From a virus (Duplodnaviria; Caudoviricetes), in IMG/VR virus record IMGVR_UViG_3300048848_000033, positions 1 through 42,876 of that record: a stretch of 42,876 bases of DNA, one strand, 5' to 3'. The position numbers and the translations under genes were made by a program. The notes under the pieces were generated by a model. That model did no database searches and was not told the origin of the DNA. It worked only from the letters and a program-made list of their open reading frames with translations. Below, in pieces: positions 27,295 to 35,198 of the stretch. Position 1 is the first letter of the stretch; the number at the start of each line of letters is the position of its first letter.

Positions 27295-28013
27295 ACCAGC
27301 ACCCCATGCGGCGAGGATTCGTTGACCAGCGAACCCTGTCCGGCCTCAGCACCCTCCCACCGACGGTCGTTCAGGTAGACCAGCGGCGCGGGGATGAACT
27401 GGCCGCCCTGCTTCGTCCATGCCTCGCTGGCCTTCATGCGCTTGACGTGAGCCAGGACATCCGCAGCAACACGCTCGGCGTGCGCCTTTTTCCAAGCAGC
27501 CAGGCATTTGCCCTTCGCTTGTTTCCGGTCGGATGTTGGCCAGGCAGCCCAGAAGTCGGCGAAGCCGGCAGGCTCGACCTCACGCGACGCGTCGCGTGTA
27601 TCTAGTGTTCCCTTCCCTTCCCTTCCTCCCTGCGCGTCAGTGACAGTGCTTTCACCGTCACTGACGCGTGCTGACGCGTCGTGACGCGTGGGGCACGCGT
27701 GGGGCGAAGGGAGGGTTGATTGGGATTCGCGGGGATTGATGTGCTGGTGCTTGCCGAACGAGGGGATGTAGGCCAGGCCCTCGCTGTACAGAACGACCAG
27801 ACCAGCCTCCACCAGCTCGGCACACATCGCCTTGATGTCGCAGTTGTCCGCGGGGAAGTACCGCAGCTTGAACGTCATGGGCTTCCAGGGAAGGCGACCT
27901 TCCTTGTCGGCCTCGCACCAGATCGCGATGTACAGCAGCCGGGTCAACGGCGGCAGGGCCACGATGTCCTCACTGGTGAAGAACTCTGGCTTGATGGTGC
28001 GGATGCGGGCCAT
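27291..28013 (-). CDS. Replication initiator (O-analogue)
   Basis: MARIRTIKPEFF...ADKEGRL N-terminus, F..FWAAWP..K..K....AW and YLN..RWE C-terminus; iterons in the linker. Confidence 0.85.
   Translation of the reverse strand: MARIRTIKPEFFTSEDIVALPPLTRLLYIAIWCEADKEGRLPWKPMTFKLRYFPADNCDIKAMCAELVEAGLVVLYSEGLAYIPSFGKHQHINPRESQSTLPSPHACPTRHDASARVSDGESTVTDAQGGREGKGTLDTRDASREVEPAGFADFWAAWPTSDRKQAKGKCLAAWKKAHAERVAADVLAHVKRMKASEAWTKQGGQFIPAPLVYLNDRRWEGAEAGQGSLVNESSPHGVLV
27581..27700. promoter_or_regulatory. Putative replication origin (iterons inside initiator gene)
   Basis: TGACGCGT three times at 10-bp period (27661-27690), 18-bp palindrome CACGCGACGCGTCGCGTG (27581-27598), (CCCTT)n tract. Confidence 0.7.
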
Positions 28014-28256
28014 TTAGATGCGGGCCCCGTCAGCCTCGCCGGCCGTCACGAAGTAGCACGGGGCCTTGCCCTCTTCCTGGGCGTGCCTGGCCACCTTGCG
28101 CAGGGCCGTGATGCCGTTCATCTGGCGCATGTACTGCTCAGCAGCCTTGCGTTGGCCCTTGAGCATGGCAATCTCAAGGCGCTTGCCGAGCGCCTGGGCC
28201 TGCAGCTCGCGGGCCTCGTCTTGCAGCTTGAGGATCTGGTCGGCGGTGTTCATCAC
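28014..28256 (-). CDS. Hypothetical protein
   Basis: Coupled to neighbours in the PR operon. Confidence 0.65.
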   Translation of the reverse strand: MMNTADQILKLQDEARELQAQALGKRLEIAMLKGQRKAAEQYMRQMNGITALRKVARHAQEEGKAPCYFVTAGEADGARI

Positions 28257-28435
28257 AGGCTCCCTCGCAGAATCCGCTTGGTGGCCGTGTAGCCAGGCGG
28301 CGTGATCACGATGTCGCTGCGGCGTGGGGTCAGGTCGATGGCCTGGCCGCGCTTGGGGTGCTTCGGGGCCTTGTCTGCCACGTACGGACGTGGGTCGAAG
28401 ATGTGGCCATGGAAGGGGTTGCGGGTGTTCATCAC
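28253..28435 (-). CDS. Hypothetical protein
   Basis: GGAG RBS; GTGA overlap with next gene. Confidence 0.55.
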   Translation of the reverse strand: MMNTRNPFHGHIFDPRPYVADKAPKHPKRGQAIDLTPRRSDIVITPPGYTATKRILRGSL

Positions 28436-28466
28436 GACTCCGTGTTTTTTCCGTTACGGAAAAGTC

Positions 28467-28661
28467 TTAGCGCTTGCGGCGTTCAAAACGAACCACGGTG
28501 GCCGTCTTGCGCAGCGTGCGCACGAACCGACTCACGATGGCCTGCCGAGCAAGATCGGTTGCTGCCTGGTCCACAGAGATTCCGCGGGCTTGCGCGTACT
28601 CCTGAACGGCATTGAATTCCGCCTCGCTGAGATCCAGGGGCTGGGGGGGTTGTCTCTGCAC
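28467..28661 (-). CDS. Small ribbon-helix-helix-like protein
   Basis: LDLSEAEFNAVQEYAQARGISVDQAATDLAR pattern. Confidence 0.55.
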   Translation of the reverse strand: MQRQPPQPLDLSEAEFNAVQEYAQARGISVDQAATDLARQAIVSRFVRTLRKTATVVRFERRKR

Positions 28662-28720
28662 GGGTGCTCATTTCCGTTACGGGTGAGTTGTTCTTTCGCG
28701 CCCCTTGTGGGACGGGTTTG

Positions 28721-28930
28721 TCACGAATGAGCGGCTCGCAAATTTGCGCCGTCGTACCCAGAATTCCCGCCATGCACACGACCCCGGATCGACTCCATGA
28801 TCAGTTCGCGCAGGAACGCAGACGGCTGCATGCCGTTGAGCGCGCTGACCGCCTCGACAACGCGCAGCTCGTCCTCGTTAAGGCTCAGATTCACGCGCTT
28901 TGCACGGATGTGGGCCGGGTTGGCGTACAT
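28721..28930 (-). CDS. Ribbon-helix-helix-like regulator in cII position
   Basis: RVNLSLNEDE...GMQPSAFLRELI strand-helix-helix pattern; GGGAG RBS. Confidence 0.7.
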   Translation of the reverse strand: MYANPAHIRAKRVNLSLNEDELRVVEAVSALNGMQPSAFLRELIMESIRGRVHGGNSGYDGANLRAAHS

Positions 28931-28990
28931 GGAATGAACTCCCTAATTTCTTGTGGTTCGGTTGGTGGATGGGTGCACGTCGTTGACGCG

Positions 28991-29137
28991 CTACCCGAAT
29001 GGGTGGCCCAGCACCAGCGCGCCGGCAGCAATGCCAACGAGAACGCATGCGGTGGTGGGCTTCTCGCTGACGGCGCAGCAGGCGCCGGCAAACGCGCAGA
29101 CGGCGAAGACGGCGCAGGAAGCGGCAGCGGTGAACAT
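28991..29137 (-). CDS. 48-aa hydrophobic Cys/Ala-rich peptide
   Basis: Hand-translated MFTAAASCAVFAVCAFAGACC...LVLGHPFG; starts 3 nt after the upstream stop. Confidence 0.45.
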   Translation of the reverse strand: MFTAAASCAVFAVCAFAGACCAVSEKPTTACVLVGIAAGALVLGHPFG

Positions 29138-29140
29138 GGC

Positions 29141-29323
29141 TCAGGCGCTCTCTGCGGTGGGGCTGACAACGCGCCACGTCGTGCCGTGCGTGGTGTCCTG
29201 AACCTCGATGCCGTACAGGCCGAGAACGATGTCGATGGCGGGCGCTGCTTCGCGGTTGCAAATCAGGTAGGCCTGATGCCGCTTGCTCAGCAAATCAGAA
29301 ATGAACTCGACAGGCAGTTCCAT
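29141..29323 (-). CDS. Hypothetical protein after cro
   Basis: Starts 3 nt after the cro stop, with AGGGGG upstream. Confidence 0.55.
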   Translation of the reverse strand: MELPVEFISDLLSKRHQAYLICNREAAPAIDIVLGLYGIEVQDTTHGTTWRVVSPTAESA

Positions 29324-29326
29324 GGC

Positions 29327-29530
29327 TCAAGCCCCCTGCTCTGCGGTGGGGCGGCGCTTCTTGGCGGTGCGCTCATCTGCGAACCACTCAGGCCTCAGAA
29401 CGCGCAGCTGCCAGACGCGGGGCTTGGGCACCTCGTCTCCCCATTGGCTCACCGCGCTCGGGGTGATGTTGAGCAGGCTGGCAAGGGCGGCAGCGCTCCC
29501 AGCAAAACGGATGGCGGCTTGGGTTTCCAT
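29327..29530 (-). CDS. cro: Cro-like repressor
   Basis: AIRFAGSAAALASLLNITPSAVSQWG..VP..R..QL HTH; divergent from cI. Confidence 0.9.
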   Translation of the reverse strand: METQAAIRFAGSAAALASLLNITPSAVSQWGDEVPKPRVWQLRVLRPEWFADERTAKKRRPTAEQGA

Positions 29531-29537
29531 GTGCATC

Positions 29538-29593
29538 AATTTAGCACACTTAATTCTAGGGCGCAAGTGCGCTAAACAATTTAGATGGCTTAA
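29538..29593. promoter_or_regulatory. OR region: three operators and PR
   Basis: TTTAGCACACTTAA (29540-29553), GCAAGTGCGCTAAA (29563-29576), TTTAGATGGCTTAA (29580-29593); minus-strand TTGCGC-17-TAAATT. Confidence 0.8.
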
Positions 29594-29601
29594 TTCTGCA
29601 A

Positions 29602-30246
29602 ATGGCTCTGAAAGACCGCATCACCGAAGCGATCCACGCATCTGGCAAGACGCCAGCCGAGATTGCGCGCGAAACGAAAACAACGAACGCTGCCGTCACC
29701 CACTGGATGAACGGAGGGACCAAGAGCTTGAGGGCGGCAAGCGCCGAAGCCCTAGAAAGGGCCACGGGCTACAGCGCTACGTGGCTTGTTACGGGGGTGG
29801 GGAGTAAGCTTGTCGCAGCCAACGTGGAACCTGGGCCAGACCTCAAGGGGCTGGTGCCCTTGATTTCATGGATACAGGCCGGAAGTTGGCATGGGGCAGA
29901 GGACCCTCTTCACCCCGGCGAGGCGGAGACATGGATGCCTTCACCCACAAAGTGCAGTCCCAGTAGTTACGCCCTGCGCGTGCGCGGGGATAGCATGACA
30001 GCGCCACATGGGAACATTCGGAGCTACCCAGAGGGGTGCATCATCTTTGTGGACCCAGAGAGGCGCCTGCCTGTGAACGGAGACAGAATCGTGGCCAAGC
30101 TGCGTGGAACAGACGAGGTAACGTTCAAGATCTACAAGAACGAGGACGGCCGCCAGTGGTTGCAGCCTCTGAATCCGGCGCATGAGCCCATCCGAGAACC
30201 TTTCCAAGTGCTTGGAGGCGTTGTCGGGACGTGGATCCCAGAGTAG
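29602..30246 (+). CDS. cI: CI-like repressor (HTH plus S24 autopeptidase)
   Basis: N-terminal HTH, VPLISWIQAG cleavage site, LRVRGDSM catalytic Ser, TFK catalytic Lys. Confidence 0.95.
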   Translation: MALKDRITEAIHASGKTPAEIARETKTTNAAVTHWMNGGTKSLRAASAEALERATGYSATWLVTGVGSKLVAANVEPGPDLKGLVPLISWIQAGSWHGAEDPLHPGEAETWMPSPTKCSPSSYALRVRGDSMTAPHGNIRSYPEGCIIFVDPERRLPVNGDRIVAKLRGTDEVTFKIYKNEDGRQWLQPLNPAHEPIREPFQVLGGVVGTWIPE

Positions 30247-30249
30247 TTG

Positions 30250-31782
30250 TCACACGTCAGTTGCCGGGGTTGCACTGTTCCTCAGCAACTTGATGCCGCG
30301 AAGCGAGAGGGTGACGCCACGGGCGACAAGGTACGCCGCGGCCGGGACCAGGCCGAAGTACCACAGCACGAAGTTCAACCACGTGTGAACGGCCGAGTGG
30401 TTCTGCACCAGCACGAACCAGCTCAACGGCGCCAACAGAGAGAAACCCAGCAGCGCGGCGTCGCGCTTGGCGTCGGGGTCGCGTACGTAAAACAGCGCCG
30501 CAAGGGCCACGCCCGCCATGGCGATCAGAGCGACGAACCCATTGAACCGGAACAGAACGGGAGTCTGCCATTCCGAGATGTAGGTATTCAGCACATCGCC
30601 CAGCGGCACCAGTTCATGGGGCTTGATGACGCCCGCCAGGACCCCGACGAAGCTGTACTTAATCGCATCTCCACCCACGGTGTTCGGCGCACCCACCACC
30701 TCGGGCCGCCCCACTGAATGCAGGGCGGCAGCCAGCACGAACCCGATGATGGCCGAGACGAGCAAACCCAAGGCCAACTGCGCAGACTTGCGCGCCCCAT
30801 GGACAGGCTGCCTTCGGAACGGGTCCACGAAGAAGACGATCAGCGAGAACAGCACCACGGTGGATAGGTACTCGTACCCAGCCAGGGACTTGAGGAAGAC
30901 TGTGGCGCCGTAGAGTGCGATCAGCAGGCTCCTGCGTCGCCACGACTGGCTGCGGTAAACGACCATTGCGACCACTGCCGGCAGGAACCAGAGGAACGCC
31001 GCCCAGTACAGATTTCTCGCAACACCCACGATCCAGGGCGAGCCCAGCATGCACAGGAACAAGACAGCCGCGTACGTGCGAGAGATCGTCAGGCTTGCCT
31101 CTCGGACCAAGGCCGCGAGAACGGCCGCCATCGCGACTGACATCAGGGCCTGAAGGGAGTACACCGAGTCCAAGCCCAGCCGATAGGCCCACGACAGCAG
31201 GACACCCTGAATGCCAAACTGAGGCGTGTAGGGGTCGAAGACATACGGGCGGTCGTCTAGAACGCGAACCAGCGCCGGTCCATCCAGCCGACGGGCGTCG
31301 AACTGCGGGCCGTCATAGGACACATTCAGGTAGTTGAAGCTCCGCAAAATCGCGGAGACGGTGCGCTCCTGCCCGTCCGGCAGCACCAGCTTGCGTCCCA
31401 CCAAGATTTCATCAGACGCATAGCCTCGCTCTCCCGGCGCCGCGACCATGATCAAGAATGTGTTGGCATGCACACTGAAGCCGTGCCGCCAGTTCTCGTC
31501 CGTCAGGTCGCTGACCATCACGCCATCAGGGTGGTCCACCCGAGCGTAGGTCGCCAGCACGTCGGCAGATTTGTCTACCTTCGCTCGCTGAACGAAGCCC
31601 AAGTTCGCGCCCTTGGTGTCAATGCCATTTGCGTCAGCGAAGACCTTCCCGAGCACGAGCGCTTCAGAACCGTCCTTCCAGGTGCGGAACTGAGCGTCCG
31701 ACGCAGTGCGGAAAAAGTTGGCTTGGAATGCGAGCAGCAGCAATCCGAAGACGGCGTAGCTCCTGATGCCTGGTAGGTACAT
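30250..31782 (-). CDS. Polytopic membrane protein, GT-C / GtrC-like glycosyltransferase candidate (moron)
   Basis: One N-terminal TM, acidic DGSE motif, ~170-aa soluble loop, then roughly 10 TM helices with NLYW, GYEY and HSAVH motifs. Confidence 0.6.
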   Translation of the reverse strand: MYLPGIRSYAVFGLLLLAFQANFFRTASDAQFRTWKDGSEALVLGKVFADANGIDTKGANLGFVQRAKVDKSADVLATYARVDHPDGVMVSDLTDENWRHGFSVHANTFLIMVAAPGERGYASDEILVGRKLVLPDGQERTVSAILRSFNYLNVSYDGPQFDARRLDGPALVRVLDDRPYVFDPYTPQFGIQGVLLSWAYRLGLDSVYSLQALMSVAMAAVLAALVREASLTISRTYAAVLFLCMLGSPWIVGVARNLYWAAFLWFLPAVVAMVVYRSQSWRRRSLLIALYGATVFLKSLAGYEYLSTVVLFSLIVFFVDPFRRQPVHGARKSAQLALGLLVSAIIGFVLAAALHSVGRPEVVGAPNTVGGDAIKYSFVGVLAGVIKPHELVPLGDVLNTYISEWQTPVLFRFNGFVALIAMAGVALAALFYVRDPDAKRDAALLGFSLLAPLSWFVLVQNHSAVHTWLNFVLWYFGLVPAAAYLVARGVTLSLRGIKLLRNSATPATDV

Positions 31783-31828
31783 GAATAGCGGCCCAAAGTA
31801 GAGAAGGGATCAGATTGTGCCTTGCGAG

Positions 31829-31888
31829 TGCAGCCTGCTTAATTTTCTTCTTTAGCACGCTTGACAACAAAATTAAGCGTGCTAAATT
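31829..31888 (+). promoter_or_regulatory. OL operators and PL promoter
   Basis: TTTAGCACGCTTGA (31851-31864), TTAAGCGTGCTAAA (31873-31886), weaker TGCAGCCTGCTTAA (31829-31842); TTGACA-16-TAAATT. Confidence 0.85.
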
Positions 31889-31892
31889 ACGT

Positions 31893-32186
31893 TCACCGCA
31901 GCAAACAAGCAGCGGTGACCGCTATGACTCCGGCGCGCCAAAGCCGTGACGAGTGCGAGAGGTGGAAGGTGTTGCCCCGAGCCTGATTGATCGGGGGTGC
32001 TGGGAGAGCTTCGGCTCGTATAGATCAGCGAAGGCCTTTCGCAAGAGAGGCATCAAAACAGAGTTCGCACGAGCCCTGCTTTGATGGACGCCTGAGCCAG
32101 CGCCGTGCGGCCACGCTGGCAAATCAACAGCAACAGCTGGTGCGGGAAAAAAGAAAAGCCGTGCCTTATCGGCAGCAGGCGCGCCA
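31893..32186 (+). ncRNA. Highly structured PL leader RNA (candidate cis-regulatory RNA)
   Basis: At least 7 consecutive stems, including C(UUCG)G and C(GCAA)G tetraloop hairpins; no convincing CDS. Confidence 0.55.
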
Positions 32187-32210
32187 TCAACCCACATCCG
32201 AAAGACGACC

Positions 32211-32492
32211 ATGACCACACGAACCTACCCCTACAAGGCCTGGACCCTGACGCCGTCGTTCAAGCCCGTCGAAGTTGAGCTGGTTGGGCTCGCCTGGAAC
32301 GACTGGGGCTCTTATGCCCACTGGGATAAATCGGGCAGCGGCAAGAGCTACGACAGCACGAAGCTGCATGCCACCAAGGACGCCGCCATTGCGGCCGGCT
32401 TTGCATCTCTGGACGAGCAGCGCAAGAAGCTGGAGAAGATGCAGGCCACCATCGACAAGCGGCACGCCGCGCTGCACAAAGCGTCCGAGTAG
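32211..32492 (+). CDS. Hypothetical protein, first gene of PL operon
   Basis: Phage-like codon usage; small beta domain plus C-terminal helix. Confidence 0.7.
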   Translation: MTTRTYPYKAWTLTPSFKPVEVELVGLAWNDWGSYAHWDKSGSGKSYDSTKLHATKDAAIAAGFASLDEQRKKLEKMQATIDKRHAALHKASE

Positions 32493-32514
32493 CCACCCCG
32501 CCCCCACCACCCAC

Positions 32515-32542
32515 AGCCCGCCCTTAGCGGGCTTCGTTGTTT
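32515..32542 (+). terminator. tL1-like terminator
   Basis: AGCCCGC-cctta-GCGGGCT followed by TCGTTGTTT. Confidence 0.65.
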
Positions 32543-32554
32543 ATGGAGCAAGAC

Positions 32555-32812
32555 ATGCGCAAGAAAGACGACGGCGGGCCAGCGTTCCCGCAAGCCAAGG
32601 TGACGATCCTGGCCGAGGACGGGACACCCAACGAGGCGGCGGCGGTCACGCACGGCGGCATGTCCCTGCGTGACCACTTCGCGGGGCTGGCGCTTCAGGG
32701 GATCTGTGCCCACGACACGACATGGGGATGGGGGAGCACCGAACTCGTCGCACAGCAGTCCTACGAACTGGCTGACCAGATGTTGAAAGCGCGCAAGGCG
32801 AGGCAGCCATGA
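32555..32812 (+). CDS. Conserved phage early protein (GGPAFP / GMSLRDxFA family)
   Basis: GGPAFP...GMSLRDHFA..ALQG...YELADQMLKAR; GGAG RBS. Confidence 0.8.
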   Translation: MRKKDDGGPAFPQAKVTILAEDGTPNEAAAVTHGGMSLRDHFAGLALQGICAHDTTWGWGSTELVAQQSYELADQMLKARKARQP

Positions 32813-33051
32813 ACGCCCGCCCAGGCTGGACACCTCAGAAGCAAGAGTTCTACGACCTTGCCAGCGAGGCGGAGGACGAACCAGTCACCGAGCGCGAGAT
32901 AGCCGTCGCCATGCGCGAGCAGCTGGACATGCTCATCAAGGCCATTGACAGGCCCAGCGGCGACCGCTGCGAGACCTGCGACCTGTGGGTGGACATCGTT
33001 GCCAACGCTGTCGAAGGCCGCGAGCAGGCCCGCATTCGGGCGATGGACTGA
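32809..33051 (+). CDS. Hypothetical protein
   Basis: ATGA-coupled. Confidence 0.65.
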   Translation: MNARPGWTPQKQEFYDLASEAEDEPVTEREIAVAMREQLDMLIKAIDRPSGDRCETCDLWVDIVANAVEGREQARIRAMD

Positions 33052-33332
33052 TGCCCTGGACCCACCACGACACCCGCCAGCTTGCCAGGAAGGCAGAGGC
33101 GGAGCACCGAGCACGAAAACTCAAGGAGAGCGAGATGGACATCCCGCGCGGAGAAATCTGGGTGCCGATCCAGGCCAAGAGCCAGGGAAGCATCGACACC
33201 CACAACGGCCGGCTGTTGACCGGCTTCTACATGACCGAGAGCCAGCTGCGCGACACCGCGGCTACGGCTCTGGAGTGCATGACGCCGGCCGCCCGCGCGC
33301 TGCTTCTGGAGCAGATGAAGGAGACAGCATGA
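33051..33332 (+). CDS. Hypothetical protein
   Basis: TGATG-coupled start MPWTHH. Confidence 0.65.
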   Translation: MPWTHHDTRQLARKAEAEHRARKLKESEMDIPRGEIWVPIQAKSQGSIDTHNGRLLTGFYMTESQLRDTAATALECMTPAARALLLEQMKETA

Positions 33333-33493
33333 ACTTCATCCAGACATGGCTCTACGCCATCGCAGCGTGCCTGTTCATCTCCTGGGCTGCAGTGGATGAA
33401 GCACCGGACGAGGTTGCCGCTTCCCAAGCATCGGCCGATTCCACCAACGACGCACAACAGGCCGCAGTGGTTGCGGCGAGAAGGGGGGAGTGA
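33329..33493 (+). CDS. Small single-TM protein
   Basis: ATGA-coupled MNFIQTWLYAIAACLFISWAAV with AAGGAG RBS. Confidence 0.6.
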   Translation: MNFIQTWLYAIAACLFISWAAVDEAPDEVAASQASADSTNDAQQAAVVAARRGE

Positions 33494-33810
33494 TGGGAGA
33501 AACGACGACGTGGTTCCGAATTCAGTTCGAGAAGATCCAGCCGGTTGAAGTAGTCGCCAGCACCGACAAGACGGTCACGGTGCGGACTTACTGGCGAAAC
33601 AACCTCAGCGTCGCCCCACAGGCCCGTGACTTGAAGCGCCACAAGTTCACCGGCTTCGAGTGCTACTTCCCGACGTGGCAAGAGGCTCATGCGCATCTGT
33701 TGAAAGAGGCTGAAGGCAATCTCCTTGCGGCCCGCCGCAGCCTCGAAACCGCCCAGTCCGCCTACGGCAACGTCAAAGGCATGAAGCCCCCCAAGGAGCC
33801 AACCCCATGA
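33490..33810 (+). CDS. Hypothetical protein
   Basis: Coupled; GGGGGAG RBS. Confidence 0.7.
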   Translation: MMGETTTWFRIQFEKIQPVEVVASTDKTVTVRTYWRNNLSVAPQARDLKRHKFTGFECYFPTWQEAHAHLLKEAEGNLLAARRSLETAQSAYGNVKGMKPPKEPTP

Positions 33811-33968
33811 CCGAATCCCCCATGCAAGACACCCAGCAAGAGCACTACACCGGCCTGCACTTCGTTGGCCTGTGGCTCGGAATGCTCGGCGCGGGTCTCT
33901 TCTTGATGACCGCTCTGTTTCATGGCGTAGGCGCCCTCGTGGCTTCTGCGCTCGCACTTTTCAGCTGA
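33807..33968 (+). CDS. 53-aa membrane peptide
   Basis: Hand-translated; ATGA overlap, AAGGAG RBS, long hydrophobic C-terminal half. Confidence 0.55.
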   Translation: MTESPMQDTQQEHYTGLHFVGLWLGMLGAGLFLMTALFHGVGALVASALALFS

Positions 33969-33975
33969 GGACGCA

Positions 33976-34089
33976 ATGCACAAGCTGCGCAACTTCCTCG
34001 CGCTCTACCGGCTGTACGCCGCCTACCACCCGCGCCGGTACGCCGCGCGCATCGCATTCGGCATGGCCTTCAAGGGCCTTCCGTTCTGA
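33976..34089 (+). CDS. 37-aa basic/aromatic peptide (MHKLRNFLALYRLYAAYHPRRYAARIAFGMAFKGLPF)
   Basis: Hand-translated; GAGG RBS; fills the gap before erf. Confidence 0.55.
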   Translation: MHKLRNFLALYRLYAAYHPRRYAARIAFGMAFKGLPF

Positions 34090-34096
34090 GGACGAC

Positions 34097-34645
34097 ATGA
34101 AGAACATCGCCGCCGCAATGGTCAAGGCCCAGAAGCAATTCGGGCCAGCGCTCAAGACCCACACCAACCCTGCATTCCGCTCCAAGTACGCGGACCTGTC
34201 GGCCTGCATCGAGGCCGTGATCGACGCACTGAATAACAACGGCATCTTCCTGATGCAGTCCTCGCACGAGTGTGAACGAGGCGTGTCAGTCGAGACAGTG
34301 TTTGTGCACGAGTCCGGCGAGACGATCAGCGCCGGCAAGTTGTCGGTCCCCGCGGCCAAGCAAGACCCGCAAGGGTATGGATCGGCGTTGACCTACGCCC
34401 GCCGCTACTCCCTGATGGCTGCATGCGGCATTGCGCCAGAGGATGACGACGGAAATGCCGCACAGCGCAAAGCGCCCGACGCGGCCGCAATCCTTCGGTC
34501 CATCAGCGGCGCGGCATCAGTGGAGACGTTGAAAACCAACTTCGAAGCCGCCATGCAGATGCTGGACGAAGCCCATCACCCAGCGATCACCAAGGCGAAA
34601 AACGCCCGCTACAAAGAACTCACGAAAGAACAGCAGCCCTCATGA
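34097..34645 (+). CDS. erf: ERF-family single-strand annealing protein
   Basis: NPAFRSKYADL, QGYGSALTYARRYSL, EDDDGNAA. Confidence 0.92.
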   Translation: MKNIAAAMVKAQKQFGPALKTHTNPAFRSKYADLSACIEAVIDALNNNGIFLMQSSHECERGVSVETVFVHESGETISAGKLSVPAAKQDPQGYGSALTYARRYSLMAACGIAPEDDDGNAAQRKAPDAAAILRSISGAASVETLKTNFEAAMQMLDEAHHPAITKAKNARYKELTKEQQPS

Positions 34646-35019
34646 ACAACATCACCATCGCCGGCCCGCTGGGTCGTGACTCTGAGCTCCGCAGCATCCC
34701 AAGCGGCGAGCAAGTCCTGTCGTTCAGTGTTGCCGACAGCGCGGGACGCGACAAGCCAACGATCTGGTGGAACTGCCAGCTGTGGGGCAAGCGTGCGGCA
34801 TCCCTGGGGCCGTACCTGACCAAGGGGCAGCAAGTCGCCGTTTCCGGCTCGGTGTCGGAGCGCGAATGGACAGACAAGGATGGCGCCAAGCGCAAGACCC
34901 TGGAAGTCCGCGTCAGCGACGTGGCGCTGCAGGGCAAGCCGCAGACCTCGGAGCCCGCCAGCAGGCCGCAGCAGCGCCCGGTCAAGGACTTTGACGACGA
35001 CTCGGATGTGCCTTTCTGA
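34642..35019 (+). CDS. ssb: Single-stranded DNA-binding protein
   Basis: OB-fold motifs (G.LGRD.ELR, YLTKGQQV.V.G) and DDDSDVPF tail. Confidence 0.95.
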   Translation: MNNITIAGPLGRDSELRSIPSGEQVLSFSVADSAGRDKPTIWWNCQLWGKRAASLGPYLTKGQQVAVSGSVSEREWTDKDGAKRKTLEVRVSDVALQGKPQTSEPASRPQQRPVKDFDDDSDVPF

Positions 35020-35021
35020 CC

Positions 35022-35198
35022 ATGCCAGTACGCGATTACCCGGCTTACGCCCGCTCCCCGAAGGGAAAGGCCGCGCGCGCTCGGGCGCATGCCCGGTACG
35101 TCGCCAAGCGTCGGGCCGAGAAGGCCCGACCTCCTGCCTTCGACCCCCAACCACTTCTATCCGCATGGAGTCAGCATGACCGCCGTGACCTTGTTTGA
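35022..35198 (+). CDS. 58-aa basic peptide (YARSPKGKAARARAHARY motif)
   Basis: Hand-translated; starts 2 nt after the ssb stop and fills the gap. Confidence 0.5.
   Translation: MPVRDYPAYARSPKGKAARARAHARYVAKRRAEKARPPAFDPQPLLSAWSQHDRRDLV

Noticed and set aside
31975-32050. Hammerhead ribozyme (CTGATTGA resembles CUGAUGA)
   Set aside because: Core has an extra base and no properly placed GAAA or stem III
31987-32214. 75-aa ORF as an N antiterminator
   Set aside because: TTG start without RBS, lies in a hairpin-dense region, no clear arginine-rich motif or boxA/boxB sites
33872-34096. Long N-terminal extensions in the ORF track for erf and several early genes (e.g. 32945, 36034, 36408, 37561, 41389, 42166)
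   Set aside because: Internal ATGs with RBS or ATGA coupling give consistent non-overlapping tiling
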